A stretch of DNA of 64,000 nt, from assembly GCA_028693275.1 (NCBI GenBank), contig JAQUVS010000001.1, positions 129,206 to 193,205 on the forward strand. Direction: 5' to 3'. Below the pieces are notes generated by a model, which saw only the letters and a program-made list of their open reading frames with translations, had not been told where the DNA came from and did not search any database. Shown here piece after piece: positions 30,490-39,932 of the stretch (the stretch's first letter is position 1; every line of letters begins with the position of its first letter). The translations under genes and the position numbers were made by a program. The stretch is from Bacilli bacterium. Lineage in GTDB: Bacteria; Bacillota_I; Bacilli_A; RF39; UBA660.

Positions 30490-32013
30490 ATGAAAGTAGT
30501 AATATATGCTAGATATAGTTCTCATAATCAAAGCGAATGTTCAATTGAGGGGCAATTGGAAATATGTAGAGCTTATGCACAACAAAATAATTTTGATATC
30601 ATTGGAGAGTATATCGATAGAGCAACAACAGGCACTACAGATAATAGACCCCAATTCAGAAAAATGATAGAAGACAGTGAAAAACAATTATTTAATGGTG
30701 TTCTTGTTTATGCTCTGGACAGATTTGCTAGAAATAGATATGATAGTGCCGTTTATAAAGCAAAACTTAAAAAGAGTAATATAAAAGTTTATTCTGCACG
30801 AGAAAACATTAGTGATGACCCAGCTGGAGTTTTAATGGAAAGTGTATTAGAGGGAATGGCAGAATATTTTTCTTTGGAACTAGGACAAAAAGTCAAAAGA
30901 GGAATGAATTTAAATGCCGAGTGTTGCTTTTATAATGGTGGCAGTGTTCCATTAGGATATAAATTAGAAAATGTATATGATGAAAGATTTAATAACAATC
31001 TTAAAAAAGCAGTTAAAAAGCAATATGTTATTGATGAGGAAAAAGCATATATTGTTAAAAAGATATTTGAGATGTATGCTAATGATACAAGAATGGTAGA
31101 TATAATTAATTATTTAAATGGATTAAAATTAACAACATCAAAGAATAATCCATTCAATAAAAGCAGTATAGGAAGAATATTAACTAATAAAAAATACATT
31201 GGGATTTATAGTTATAATGGTATTGAAAAAGAAGATGGAATACCTAGAATAATTGAAGATGATTTATTTGAAAAAGTTCAAAGAGAACTTGTTAGAAACG
31301 GTTTGGCACCAGCTCGTAGTAAGGCAAAAACAGCCTATTTATTAACAGGAAAATTATATTGTGGAAAATGTAAAGATAAAATGACTGGAACATCAGGAAC
31401 TTCAAAAACGGGCAAATTACATACATATTATATGTGTAAGACAGCTAAACATAGTAAAGACCTATGTAATATGGGTAAAGTTAAAAGAAAAAACATAGAA
31501 GATATTGTTGTTGAATTGGCACAAAGTCTGTTAACATCAGAAAACATTAATCAGGTAGCTAATAAAGTTGTGGAAATTGCTCATAATTCCCAAGATGATA
31601 CACAATTAAAAAGATTACAAAAATCGTTAAGAGATGAAGAAAAAAGAAAAGAAAACACATTAAAAGCTGTAACAGTCTGTGAAGATGATAGTACAAGAAA
31701 GTCTTTATTTGATGAAATTAGTAATATAAATGAAAATATCAAGAATATTGAAAAGCTATTAATACAAGAAGAAAGCAATCATATATTAATAAGTACAAGT
31801 GAAATAAAGTTTTTTCTAAAACAACTTATGAAAGGCAATATACAAGACTTTAAGTATCGTAAAATGCTTATTAATACACTTATAAATAGAGTTTATCTAT
31901 ATAAAAGTAAGATTGTTATAGTATATAATATTAACAACAGAGAACAAGAGATAGAAATATCTCTTATCAAAAACATTGAATGTTCAACTGTTGATAGTAC
32001 TGCTCTGCCATAA
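30490..32013 (+). CDS. large serine recombinase (resolvase N-terminal domain, recombinase domain and zinc-ribbon domain)
   Basis: MKVVIYARYSSHNQSECSIEGQLEICRAYA.. carries the catalytic Ser context YARYSS. 507 aa with cysteine pairs (CGKC..C..C) in the zinc-ribbon region and a coiled-coil C-terminus. Confidence 0.85.
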   Translation: MKVVIYARYSSHNQSECSIEGQLEICRAYAQQNNFDIIGEYIDRATTGTTDNRPQFRKMIEDSEKQLFNGVLVYALDRFARNRYDSAVYKAKLKKSNIKVYSARENISDDPAGVLMESVLEGMAEYFSLELGQKVKRGMNLNAECCFYNGGSVPLGYKLENVYDERFNNNLKKAVKKQYVIDEEKAYIVKKIFEMYANDTRMVDIINYLNGLKLTTSKNNPFNKSSIGRILTNKKYIGIYSYNGIEKEDGIPRIIEDDLFEKVQRELVRNGLAPARSKAKTAYLLTGKLYCGKCKDKMTGTSGTSKTGKLHTYYMCKTAKHSKDLCNMGKVKRKNIEDIVVELAQSLLTSENINQVANKVVEIAHNSQDDTQLKRLQKSLRDEEKRKENTLKAVTVCEDDSTRKSLFDEISNINENIKNIEKLLIQEESNHILISTSEIKFFLKQLMKGNIQDFKYRKMLINTLINRVYLYKSKIVIVYNINNREQEIEISLIKNIECSTVDSTALP

Positions 32014-32023
32014 TTGGAATATT

Positions 32024-32073
32024 AAACTTGGTATTAATTATCAAGTTTTTTTGATATAATTTAAATAGAGGTG
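32024..32073 (+). repeat. hairpin-T-run-TATAAT-AGAGGTG cassette, copy 1
   Basis: AAACTTGGTAttaatTATCAAGTTT followed by T-run, TATAAT at 32055-32060 and AGAGGTG at 32067-32073, directly after the recombinase stop. Confidence 0.7.
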
Positions 32074-32077
32074 ACTT

Positions 32078-33658
32078 ATGTATTTAAAAGATTTTGGAAA
32101 TAAAGTTAATAAGATGGTTGTATATGATTACTATTACACACTAATTGAGAACTTTGAAGATTATGACGATGTTACAAAAGCAAGAATGATAAATGAATTA
32201 CATAATTTTTTTAGTGAAGATATATATAGATTGATTAATTTATTAGACTTAGAATTAGTCGAAATAATAAGAGAAAATTTAAATGTAAATGATTTATCAT
32301 TTAGCAGTAAAGGTAATTTTTATTACTTACCTATTTTATTTGAAATGAAAGAAAATAAATATTATATTTTTGAAGAGTGTAGAGGCCTGGTAGAAAAAAT
32401 TAAGAATATTGAAATTGATTTAGGTAAACAAGAGGAAATTAATAAGTGTGTTTTAATAATAGAAGCATTATTAAAAGGTTATTTTTATATAGAAGAATCA
32501 AATTTAGTTGATATAACTAAAAAATATTGCAAGTTTAGCAAGCATGAGATATTGGAAATATTACAAAATAACTCTTCATTTAAAGTGAAAAATGGAAGTC
32601 AAATTTTAAACCATAATAATACTTCTAAAAGATATTATTATAATATAGAGGATATGAATAGAGCTATTGATAATAATGAAGAAGATATGATAATTCAAAA
32701 TATTTTATCATTTCAAGGAAAATATAAAATATTTAGTAAAGAAGAACTTGAAAAAACTATTAGTAGAGGAAAAAAGAATAATATAATTTTTGACATATCT
32801 TCATCTATTAGTAGAGAAATATTATATGCGGTTAAAAAGGGGTTGCATCCTGACACAATATTAAAGTATATTGCTGATGGAGTAATGAGAGTATATACAT
32901 GTAATAGACCATCATATACTGAAATATATAATTATATATGTACTTTACCAATATGGACTTGTAAAGGGAATAGCTTTTTTGATATTACCAAAACTAGAGA
33001 AGTTAAAGAAATATATCCTTTTAAAAAATGTGATATAGTAATGGATTATTTTAAGGATATTGGAGTAGTATGTAATGCTAAAGATGATATCTATATTGTA
33101 AAATTTTATGATGAAATTAAAAAGATATCAGTTTATAACGATAAATTGACAGATATTAGGCTAACAGAAAAAGAGATATTTAAAAATAATATTGGCAAGT
33201 TACCAGATAAAGATGCTAAATGTTTTTACAATGTATATTATGATTTGTTTATGTATATTAATAAAAAGAAAAAACTAGTGAATGATAACGAATTTAAAAC
33301 TAAATTTTATGATGCTACTGATCCAAACATTATATATCCTTTTTTTGAGTACATGGAGAAAAATCCTAACATTATAAATGAATATCTTTTAGATAAAGAA
33401 AATTACTTTACAAAAGAAGAATTACTTATTTTAAATGCTATACAAAGAAGGAAAAATGGAATTTTTGAATATAAGGGTTTTGTTGGAGAAAAAATATTAT
33501 TAGAGCATTTGGAATCTGGTGACTTAATTGAATTTTGTGGTATAAACAATACTTCAAAATATATATGTAGAAATATTAAAGAAGGAACAAAAGTTTTTTT
33601 GAATTATGTTCCTTATAAAAATGTATATGTAATAGAATTTTTAATAGCTTCTTTTTAA
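32078..33658 (+). CDS. hypothetical protein (526 aa)
   Basis: Long ORF driven by the hairpin-TATAAT-AGAGGTG cassette; I recognise no family. Confidence 0.5.
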   Translation: MYLKDFGNKVNKMVVYDYYYTLIENFEDYDDVTKARMINELHNFFSEDIYRLINLLDLELVEIIRENLNVNDLSFSSKGNFYYLPILFEMKENKYYIFEECRGLVEKIKNIEIDLGKQEEINKCVLIIEALLKGYFYIEESNLVDITKKYCKFSKHEILEILQNNSSFKVKNGSQILNHNNTSKRYYYNIEDMNRAIDNNEEDMIIQNILSFQGKYKIFSKEELEKTISRGKKNNIIFDISSSISREILYAVKKGLHPDTILKYIADGVMRVYTCNRPSYTEIYNYICTLPIWTCKGNSFFDITKTREVKEIYPFKKCDIVMDYFKDIGVVCNAKDDIYIVKFYDEIKKISVYNDKLTDIRLTEKEIFKNNIGKLPDKDAKCFYNVYYDLFMYINKKKKLVNDNEFKTKFYDATDPNIIYPFFEYMEKNPNIINEYLLDKENYFTKEELLILNAIQRRKNGIFEYKGFVGEKILLEHLESGDLIEFCGINNTSKYICRNIKEGTKVFLNYVPYKNVYVIEFLIASF

Positions 33659-33677
33659 AAAGTTCGGTTATTAAATT

Positions 33678-33710
33678 AAAAAAGTCCAGGTTAAGCCGGA
33701 CTTTTTTTTA
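33678..33710. terminator. bidirectional terminator between convergent genes
   Basis: AAAAAGTCCaGGttaaGCCGGACTTTTTTTT hairpin. Confidence 0.7.
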
Positions 33711-34709
33711 TACTTTAAAATATTTTTGATTTTTACTTGTTGGTTTATCTGGGATAGTAGGTTTAACTAAACCTGCTTCTATAGCTGGATTTAAATAATT
33801 ATCTCTAAATGTATCTTTAGATTTTAATTCTAATTTTTCCATAAGTTCAGAAGAACTCATAGGCAAATCATATTCCATTACATTTAATAATTTTGTTATA
33901 TAACTATTTATATGATTTATTTGACTGCTAGTGTCACTTATTAATTCTTCTAAAACTTTATTAATCATTTTTAACATAAATTCTATAAAATCATTTGAAT
34001 TACCATTTTTATGGCAATTAGATATAGCTGTATAATACTCATTTTGATATTCTTTTATTCTAGTTTCAATAGGCAAGTATTTAAATATACCTTTCCATTT
34101 AGATAAAATAATATTTTGCCATAATCTGGCTATTCTTCCATTACCATCACTAAAGGGATGTATAAATACAAATTCATAGTGAAAGATAGAAGATAATAAT
34201 AGAGGGTGTATTTCTTCATTAGATTCTTTCATCCAATCAAATAAATTATTCATTAGATCGTTAACTAATTTAGGAGGAGGTGCCATAAATATACATTTAT
34301 CCCCATCAAATACGCCTTCATTCCCTTTTCTAAAGTCTCCTGATTCATCTAATATTAAATAAGTCATAATACCATGTATTTCTTTTAAATCAGTTATTGA
34401 ATAAGGATTAGTATCTTTTATTTTTTCATAAGCATTAAATGCATTTTTAACTTCTTGAATTTCTTTTTGTGGACCAATTACTGTTTTACCATTAATAACA
34501 TCCCTCATTTGATTTAGTGATAATGAATTAGCTTCTATAGCAAGTGAAGAATGTATAGAATTGATTCTGTTATTTTTTCTTAATATAGGCATTTTATTTA
34601 AATTGTTATAATTATCTAATTTACCGATTTTTTCCATTATACTTGATATATAATCAAGCATAGTATTTGTAATAGTAAATGGTGGGATATATTTTTCCAT
34701 AGTTATCAC
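33708..34709 (-). CDS. Fic/DOC family protein (AMPylase-type)
   Basis: Canonical Fic motif HPFSDGNGRIAR; an inhibitory-helix-like SLAIEAN occurs upstream. Confidence 0.85.
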   Translation of the reverse strand: MITMEKYIPPFTITNTMLDYISSIMEKIGKLDNYNNLNKMPILRKNNRINSIHSSLAIEANSLSLNQMRDVINGKTVIGPQKEIQEVKNAFNAYEKIKDTNPYSITDLKEIHGIMTYLILDESGDFRKGNEGVFDGDKCIFMAPPPKLVNDLMNNLFDWMKESNEEIHPLLLSSIFHYEFVFIHPFSDGNGRIARLWQNIILSKWKGIFKYLPIETRIKEYQNEYYTAISNCHKNGNSNDFIEFMLKMINKVLEELISDTSSQINHINSYITKLLNVMEYDLPMSSSELMEKLELKSKDTFRDNYLNPAIEAGLVKPTIPDKPTSKNQKYFKV

Positions 34710-34905
34710 CTCATAGTTATATTATACCACATTAGTAAAAAATATACTACACATCTTACATGTTATCTTACATGTTATCTTGCATAGCGAAAATCTATAA
34801 TTTGACAACCAAGTATTTAATATGTTAAATTAATTTTAGTAATTACTGGTATTTTTTACGTGATTATTTGAAATAATAATAACGTATGTGCCATATTGAA
34901 ATACA

Positions 34906-34934
34906 AAACTTGATATTTATTATCAAGTTTTTTT
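34906..34934 (+). repeat. hairpin cassette copy 2 (perfect palindrome, no -10/RBS part)
   Basis: AAACTTGATAtttatTATCAAGTTT followed by T7, in the divergent Fic/ThyA-like intergenic region. Confidence 0.7.
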
Positions 34935-35115
34935 GTTAGGAACTCAAAATATTAATTTAGCAACATAGTTGTTTGGAATATTAGTAATATCTTAAATTAT
35001 TATATTTATATAATTGAAACAAAAAAATCAAATAAATAGATTTAAAATAAAAAGTATCTAAAATAGTTATATTGTTTTTTTAATATTTAGTATATAATAA
35101 TTTTAGGGGGCAATT

Positions 35116-36453
35116 ATGAAAATTAATGGAAAAGATATAAGAATAAATAGGGAAACAGCAAGAATTTCAGAAATGGATAGAGTATATTGTAGTTTAGTAG
35201 AAGAAATACTGACTGAAGGTGTTGAAACTAAAAATAGAACAGGAATTAATACTATAAGTATTGCCGGCTGGAACTATAAATTTAATGTCGGAAAAGAATT
35301 CCCTGTAGCAGAAACTAAAGATGTTAAAGTTATGAATTGTACATCAGAAATTCAGTGGATTCATCAAGTTCAAAGTAATGAAGTTAAATGGTTACAAGAC
35401 CGTGGAAATAATACTTGGGATTTATGGGTCGTTGACGAAGATGGTATTTATCGTACTTATGAACAAGGAGCTAACTCATTAGATGAGCCTGACAAAATAG
35501 TACAAGTTAGAGATGTTAAAGGGAATTTAATGACCGATAAATATAATAAACCATTAATGGCTAAATCATCTATGATAATTAAAGATGAAAATAATAATGA
35601 AAAATATGCTACTATAAAAACGGCAACTTTCTTTGGTAAGGAATATGCTGGCACAATAGGTGAAGCATATGGTTATATTACAAAACTTTACCAAAGACCA
35701 CAATATGTGGAAAATACTATAAAAAACAATTCAACAGATCGCCGCATGAATATAGTTCTATGGCAAGATGCTCATTTAGAAAAAGCTGTATTGCCATCAT
35801 GTGTTTGGTCTAGTGAATATAAAGTTACACCAGATGGAAAATTACATTCATATATTCATCAAAGGAGTGCAGATGTTCCATTAGGATTACCATTTAATAT
35901 TACACAGTACGCTATTGAATTGTCAAAATATGCTAAAGCATCAGGACTAGAAGTTGGCACAATGAGTTGGAGTATTATGGATGCTCACATTTATGTTAAT
36001 CAACTAGATGGTATTAAAAAACAATTAAAAAGATATAAATACATGTCTGAGTATGTAGATATAATTCAAAATAGTAGTGATGAAGAAGTAGAAATACTTT
36101 ATAATAAACAAGTTGATTTTTTTGATAAATTACATAAGAGAGCAACTGTTTTGCTACTAGAAGATATAAATCAATTACCAATGTCTAAACGTGTAAAAAT
36201 ATTACAAAATATTGATTATGAACTTGCTAAATCTTATGAAGAAGCATTTGAAATGAAAGTTTCATTTGAACATATTTTAACAAGAGAAGAACCGGTTCTT
36301 GAACTTGCAAGTCATAATTCAGTTTTTGAATATTCAACAGATTATGTATCAAAGACTGATCCATATACTAAAGAAAATCCAATAGGTAATAGGGAAATAG
36401 TTTTGAAGAAATATACTCCTACACCATTTATAAGAATGCCGATTGCGCAATAA
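35116..36453 (+). CDS. thymidylate synthase (ThyA) family protein with large insertions (445 aa)
   Basis: TS-family blocks ..KNRTGINT.., LPSCVWSSEY (catalytic Cys), HQRSADVPLGLPFNITQYA, MDAHIYVNQ and a C-terminal ..MPIAQ. Roughly 180 extra residues compared with canonical 264-280 aa ThyA. Confidence 0.7.
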   Translation: MKINGKDIRINRETARISEMDRVYCSLVEEILTEGVETKNRTGINTISIAGWNYKFNVGKEFPVAETKDVKVMNCTSEIQWIHQVQSNEVKWLQDRGNNTWDLWVVDEDGIYRTYEQGANSLDEPDKIVQVRDVKGNLMTDKYNKPLMAKSSMIIKDENNNEKYATIKTATFFGKEYAGTIGEAYGYITKLYQRPQYVENTIKNNSTDRRMNIVLWQDAHLEKAVLPSCVWSSEYKVTPDGKLHSYIHQRSADVPLGLPFNITQYAIELSKYAKASGLEVGTMSWSIMDAHIYVNQLDGIKKQLKRYKYMSEYVDIIQNSSDEEVEILYNKQVDFFDKLHKRATVLLLEDINQLPMSKRVKILQNIDYELAKSYEEAFEMKVSFEHILTREEPVLELASHNSVFEYSTDYVSKTDPYTKENPIGNREIVLKKYTPTPFIRMPIAQ

Positions 36454-36564
36454 GAAAGTTTAATTAAAGGTTTAGTTTTTATAATTGTTGTAATAAAAAT
36501 TATTTAGATAAATATATAATATAAATTTGGGATTTTTCATATTTCCCTTTTATATTTAAATATA

Positions 36565-36613
36565 AAACTTTATATTTATTATCAAACTTTTTTGTTATAA
36601 TACAAATAGAGGT
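36565..36613 (+). repeat. hairpin cassette copy 3 (degenerate stem)
   Basis: AAACTTTATAtttatTATCAAACTT followed by T-run, TTATAAT and AGAGGTG; about 48 of 54 positions identical to copy 4. Confidence 0.65.
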
Positions 36614-36620
36614 GTTTGTA

Positions 36621-37211
36621 GTGGATAAAGAGGTAACTTTGAAAGATAAGAAATATGTTCGTGTAATGTTTGGAATAACATCAAGTGCTAATGGATTTGA
36701 ATTTAAAGAAAATGAAGTTAATGTTTCTGATAATTGGAATCCAAAGGAAACTGAACCTGATTTAATGGGTGGCTTTAATTTTTCTGTCGAGGACAAGATA
36801 TTAAGGTATTTAGTTAGAGGGGACACTATATGTGATGTATCTATTCCAGAAGATTCTGAAATAATAGATTGTCCTAGTGAAAGTTGTCCACAAGGGATAT
36901 TTAGAGCAAACAAAATTATTATTTCAAATATAAGACCTATGACAGATGAAATAGCAATGGATTTTTATATTAAGTCTCATTTACCAGAAAAATCATATTA
37001 CAAATCATTTGCAGGATGTGCAGTACGTGGATTCAAAAATACTACTATGGCAATAATAAAGGATAAAGTTAATAAAGCTAATATCGATATAGTAATAAGT
37101 GAATTTGAAGATTTTGTTAAGCCAGGATATTATTGGGATAAAAGAGGAAATAGTGATTTCGTTAACGAAGTTCGTGAGTATCTTTATAATATTAAAACTA
37201 GAAATATTTGA
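36621..37211 (+). CDS. hypothetical protein
   Basis: Start GTG 36621 six nt after AGAGGTG (the track start is 36612); driven by the repeated cassette. I recognise no family. Confidence 0.45.
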   Translation: MDKEVTLKDKKYVRVMFGITSSANGFEFKENEVNVSDNWNPKETEPDLMGGFNFSVEDKILRYLVRGDTICDVSIPEDSEIIDCPSESCPQGIFRANKIIISNIRPMTDEIAMDFYIKSHLPEKSYYKSFAGCAVRGFKNTTMAIIKDKVNKANIDIVISEFEDFVKPGYYWDKRGNSDFVNEVREYLYNIKTRNI

Positions 37212-37216
37212 ATATA

Positions 37217-37266
37217 AAACTTGATATTTATTATCAAGTTTTTTTGTTATAATAAGTATAGAGGTG
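37217..37266 (+). repeat. hairpin cassette copy 4
   Basis: AAACTTGATAtttatTATCAAGTTT followed by T-run, TATAAT at 37248-37253 and AGAGGTGG at 37259-37266. Confidence 0.7.
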
Positions 37267-37271
37267 GAATT

Positions 37272-37796
37272 ATGAAATTATATCATATTGATAGATCAGG
37301 TCATATAAAAGAAGGACAAGTAGTTGAACTTACAAAAAATTTTTATACTAGTACAACAAATAATGAATACTTTAAGGATGGATTATCAAGTCATGGACTT
37401 ACATTTTTTTTAGCAGATCAACTAAATAAAAATTTTGCGATTGATGCAATATTTGAATATGAAAGAATGCTAAATTATTCAAATAAATTATCAAGATATC
37501 AAGCACTTTTTGCTTTTGATGAAAAAGGTCTAGTAAATTTTATTAAGGAAAAACAATTGGAAGATAATTATTATAAAATATATGAAATAGATGTTGATGA
37601 TTATGAAGCACATGATTTTAACTTGGTTAAAGGTTGGTCTCATTGTACTATGTCTAATTTTGCTAAATTATATTGGGAAAGTAATAATTTATCAGATAAT
37701 AATAATGAAGTAATATATGAGTATTTAGTTAGATTACCAATTACTATCGGTAAGGAAGTAACTTTAGAAGAAATTAAAAAAGAAAATAATGAATAG
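37272..37796 (+). CDS. hypothetical protein
   Basis: ATG 37272 after AGAGGTGG (the track start is 37221); driven by the repeated cassette. Confidence 0.45.
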   Translation: MKLYHIDRSGHIKEGQVVELTKNFYTSTTNNEYFKDGLSSHGLTFFLADQLNKNFAIDAIFEYERMLNYSNKLSRYQALFAFDEKGLVNFIKEKQLEDNYYKIYEIDVDDYEAHDFNLVKGWSHCTMSNFAKLYWESNNLSDNNNEVIYEYLVRLPITIGKEVTLEEIKKENNE

Positions 37797-37816
37797 AATT
37801 ATAGAATCGAGGATAG

Positions 37817-39124
37817 ATGAATAAAATTTTTGTTAAGATAGATGGAATGACATGTGATAATTGTAGATTAAAAATAAAAGAAAGATTATATAAAATAAAA
37901 AATATTAAAGAACTTAATTTTGATGGATTAATATTAGAAATAGAATATACAGGTAAATTAAGTAAAGATAAGATAATTGATAATATTATTAATTTAGGAT
38001 ATTTTACTAACGAAGAAATGATTTCTAATAAGAAAAGTAAGTTAAAAAGAAATATAGATATTAAAGATTTAGTAATCATAAGTTTAGTTTTTATAATACT
38101 TATATTTATATTGAATAAGATTTTTAATTTTAATATCTTTAATGTTATTCCTGTAATAGATGAAAAAACTACATTGTTAATGCTCTTTGTAACTGGATTA
38201 CTAACTAGTATTCATTGTATTTCTATGTGTGGAGCAATTAATTTATTAGCAAGTACTTCTAGTAATAGAAGTTTAAAGAAACCTTTATTATATAATTTAG
38301 GTAGATTAACATCTTATACTATTTTAGGTGGTATTGTTGGATTAATAGGAAGTGCATTTAAAATAAATGTATATGTACAAGGAATTATTATAATTATAGC
38401 TTCTATATTTATGTTTTTGATGAGTCTTAGTATGATGGGAATAATAAATTTTAGTCTTAATATTAAATTACCTAAATTCATAAATAAAGTTAAAAGAAAT
38501 AATTCTTTTGTAATAGGATTATTCAATGGTTTTATGCCTTGTGGACCTTTACAAGCAATGCAATTATATGCTCTATCAACAGGTTCATTTATATATGGAG
38601 CTTTATCAATGTTTATTTTTTGTTTAGGAACAATTCCTCTTATGTTATTTATTGGTGTTATATCTAATTATTTAAATAATAATAATAGGAAACTAATGAG
38701 TAAGATATCTACTGTTCTAATATTGATATTATCTATAGTAATGTTTAATAGAGGATTAGTAGTTATAGGTGTAGATGTTACTAATATTTTTAAACCTAAT
38801 TATGATAATTATTTGAGAAGTGAAATTATTGATAATTATCAAGAAGTAGAGGTGGATATATCATATAAAGGATATGAAGATTTTATAGTACAAAAAGGAA
38901 TACCAGTAAAACTAATAGTTAATGTTTTTACTAATTCATTAACTGGTTGTAATAATGAGATTGTTATAAAAGGTTTTGATATTTCTAAAAAATTAGAAGT
39001 AGGTAAAAATATAATTAGATTTACTCCAAATAAAAAAGGAGTATATACTTATGGTTGTTGGATGGGAATGTTAAAAAATAAAATAATAGTTGTAGATGAT
39101 ATAAGTCTATTTGAAAGGGAATAA
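37817..39124 (+). CDS. heavy-metal-associated (HMA, GMTCxxC) domain fused to a polytopic Cys-containing membrane domain and a C-terminal soluble domain
   Basis: N-terminal KIDGMTCDNCRLKI HMA motif. The TM region carries CISMCG and GFMPCGPLQ motifs (DsbD_2/UreH-like transporter type). C-terminal ~110 aa are soluble. Confidence 0.5.
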   Translation: MNKIFVKIDGMTCDNCRLKIKERLYKIKNIKELNFDGLILEIEYTGKLSKDKIIDNIINLGYFTNEEMISNKKSKLKRNIDIKDLVIISLVFIILIFILNKIFNFNIFNVIPVIDEKTTLLMLFVTGLLTSIHCISMCGAINLLASTSSNRSLKKPLLYNLGRLTSYTILGGIVGLIGSAFKINVYVQGIIIIIASIFMFLMSLSMMGIINFSLNIKLPKFINKVKRNNSFVIGLFNGFMPCGPLQAMQLYALSTGSFIYGALSMFIFCLGTIPLMLFIGVISNYLNNNNRKLMSKISTVLILILSIVMFNRGLVVIGVDVTNIFKPNYDNYLRSEIIDNYQEVEVDISYKGYEDFIVQKGIPVKLIVNVFTNSLTGCNNEIVIKGFDISKKLEVGKNIIRFTPNKKGVYTYGCWMGMLKNKIIVVDDISLFERE

Positions 39125-39180
39125 GATATTATTCCTTTTTATGATGTTATAATATATAATTAAAGAAATAGAGGTGGATT

Positions 39181-39918
39181 ATGGACAAGTATTTAAATAT
39201 AACTTTAGATAATATAGATATGGAACATATATGTTGTGCTATATCAGATAAGAAACATCAAGATGGAGTAGATTTAAAGAAAGAATGGTTAAGAGATAGA
39301 ATAAAAGAAGGACATGTATTTAGAAAATTAAATGAAAGAGGTAAAGTGTTCATAGAGTATTCTTTATTAGAGAAAGCTTGGGTTCCTATTGTAGGGGATA
39401 ATTATATTTATATATATTGTTTATGGGTATCAGGAAGTTTTAAAGGTAATGGGCATGCTAAAAGTTTAATAGAATATTGTATAAATGATGCTAAAGAAAA
39501 AGGTAAATCTGGAATATGTGTATTAAGTTCTAAAAAAAAGAAACCATTTCTTAGTGAAAAAGAATTTTTCCTTAAATATGGTTTTAAAGTAGTAGAAAGT
39601 ATTGGAGAATATGAGTTACTTGCTTTATCTTTTGATACTAAATTACCTATGTTTAATGAAAGTGTAAAAAAAGAAGAAATAGATTCAAAGGATTTAACTA
39701 TATTTTATACTAATCAATGTCCTTATATACCTAACTGTATAGAACAAATTAGAAGTTATTGTATTAATGAAAAAATCCCTTTAAATTTAATTAAGATAGA
39801 TAGTTTAGAAAAAGCTAAAAATATTCCTTGTATATTTAATAATTGGGCGGTTTTTAATAAGGGTAAGTTTGAGACTGTTCATTTACTAAATGAGGGACTA
39901 TTAAAGAAAATTTTATAA
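39181..39918 (+). CDS. GNAT-family N-acetyltransferase (YoaP-like)
   Basis: Acetyl-CoA binding region ..WVSGSFKGNGHAKSLIEY.. with a YoaP-like C-terminal extension. Confidence 0.55.
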   Translation: MDKYLNITLDNIDMEHICCAISDKKHQDGVDLKKEWLRDRIKEGHVFRKLNERGKVFIEYSLLEKAWVPIVGDNYIYIYCLWVSGSFKGNGHAKSLIEYCINDAKEKGKSGICVLSSKKKKPFLSEKEFFLKYGFKVVESIGEYELLALSFDTKLPMFNESVKKEEIDSKDLTIFYTNQCPYIPNCIEQIRSYCINEKIPLNLIKIDSLEKAKNIPCIFNNWAVFNKGKFETVHLLNEGLLKKIL

Positions 39919-39932
39919 TAAGTGGAGGACAT

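Noticed and set aside
33708-34709. Fic gene as part of a toxin-antitoxin pair
   Set aside because: No small adjacent antitoxin ORF is evident; the inhibitory-helix-like motif appears to be intramolecular (class II/III style).
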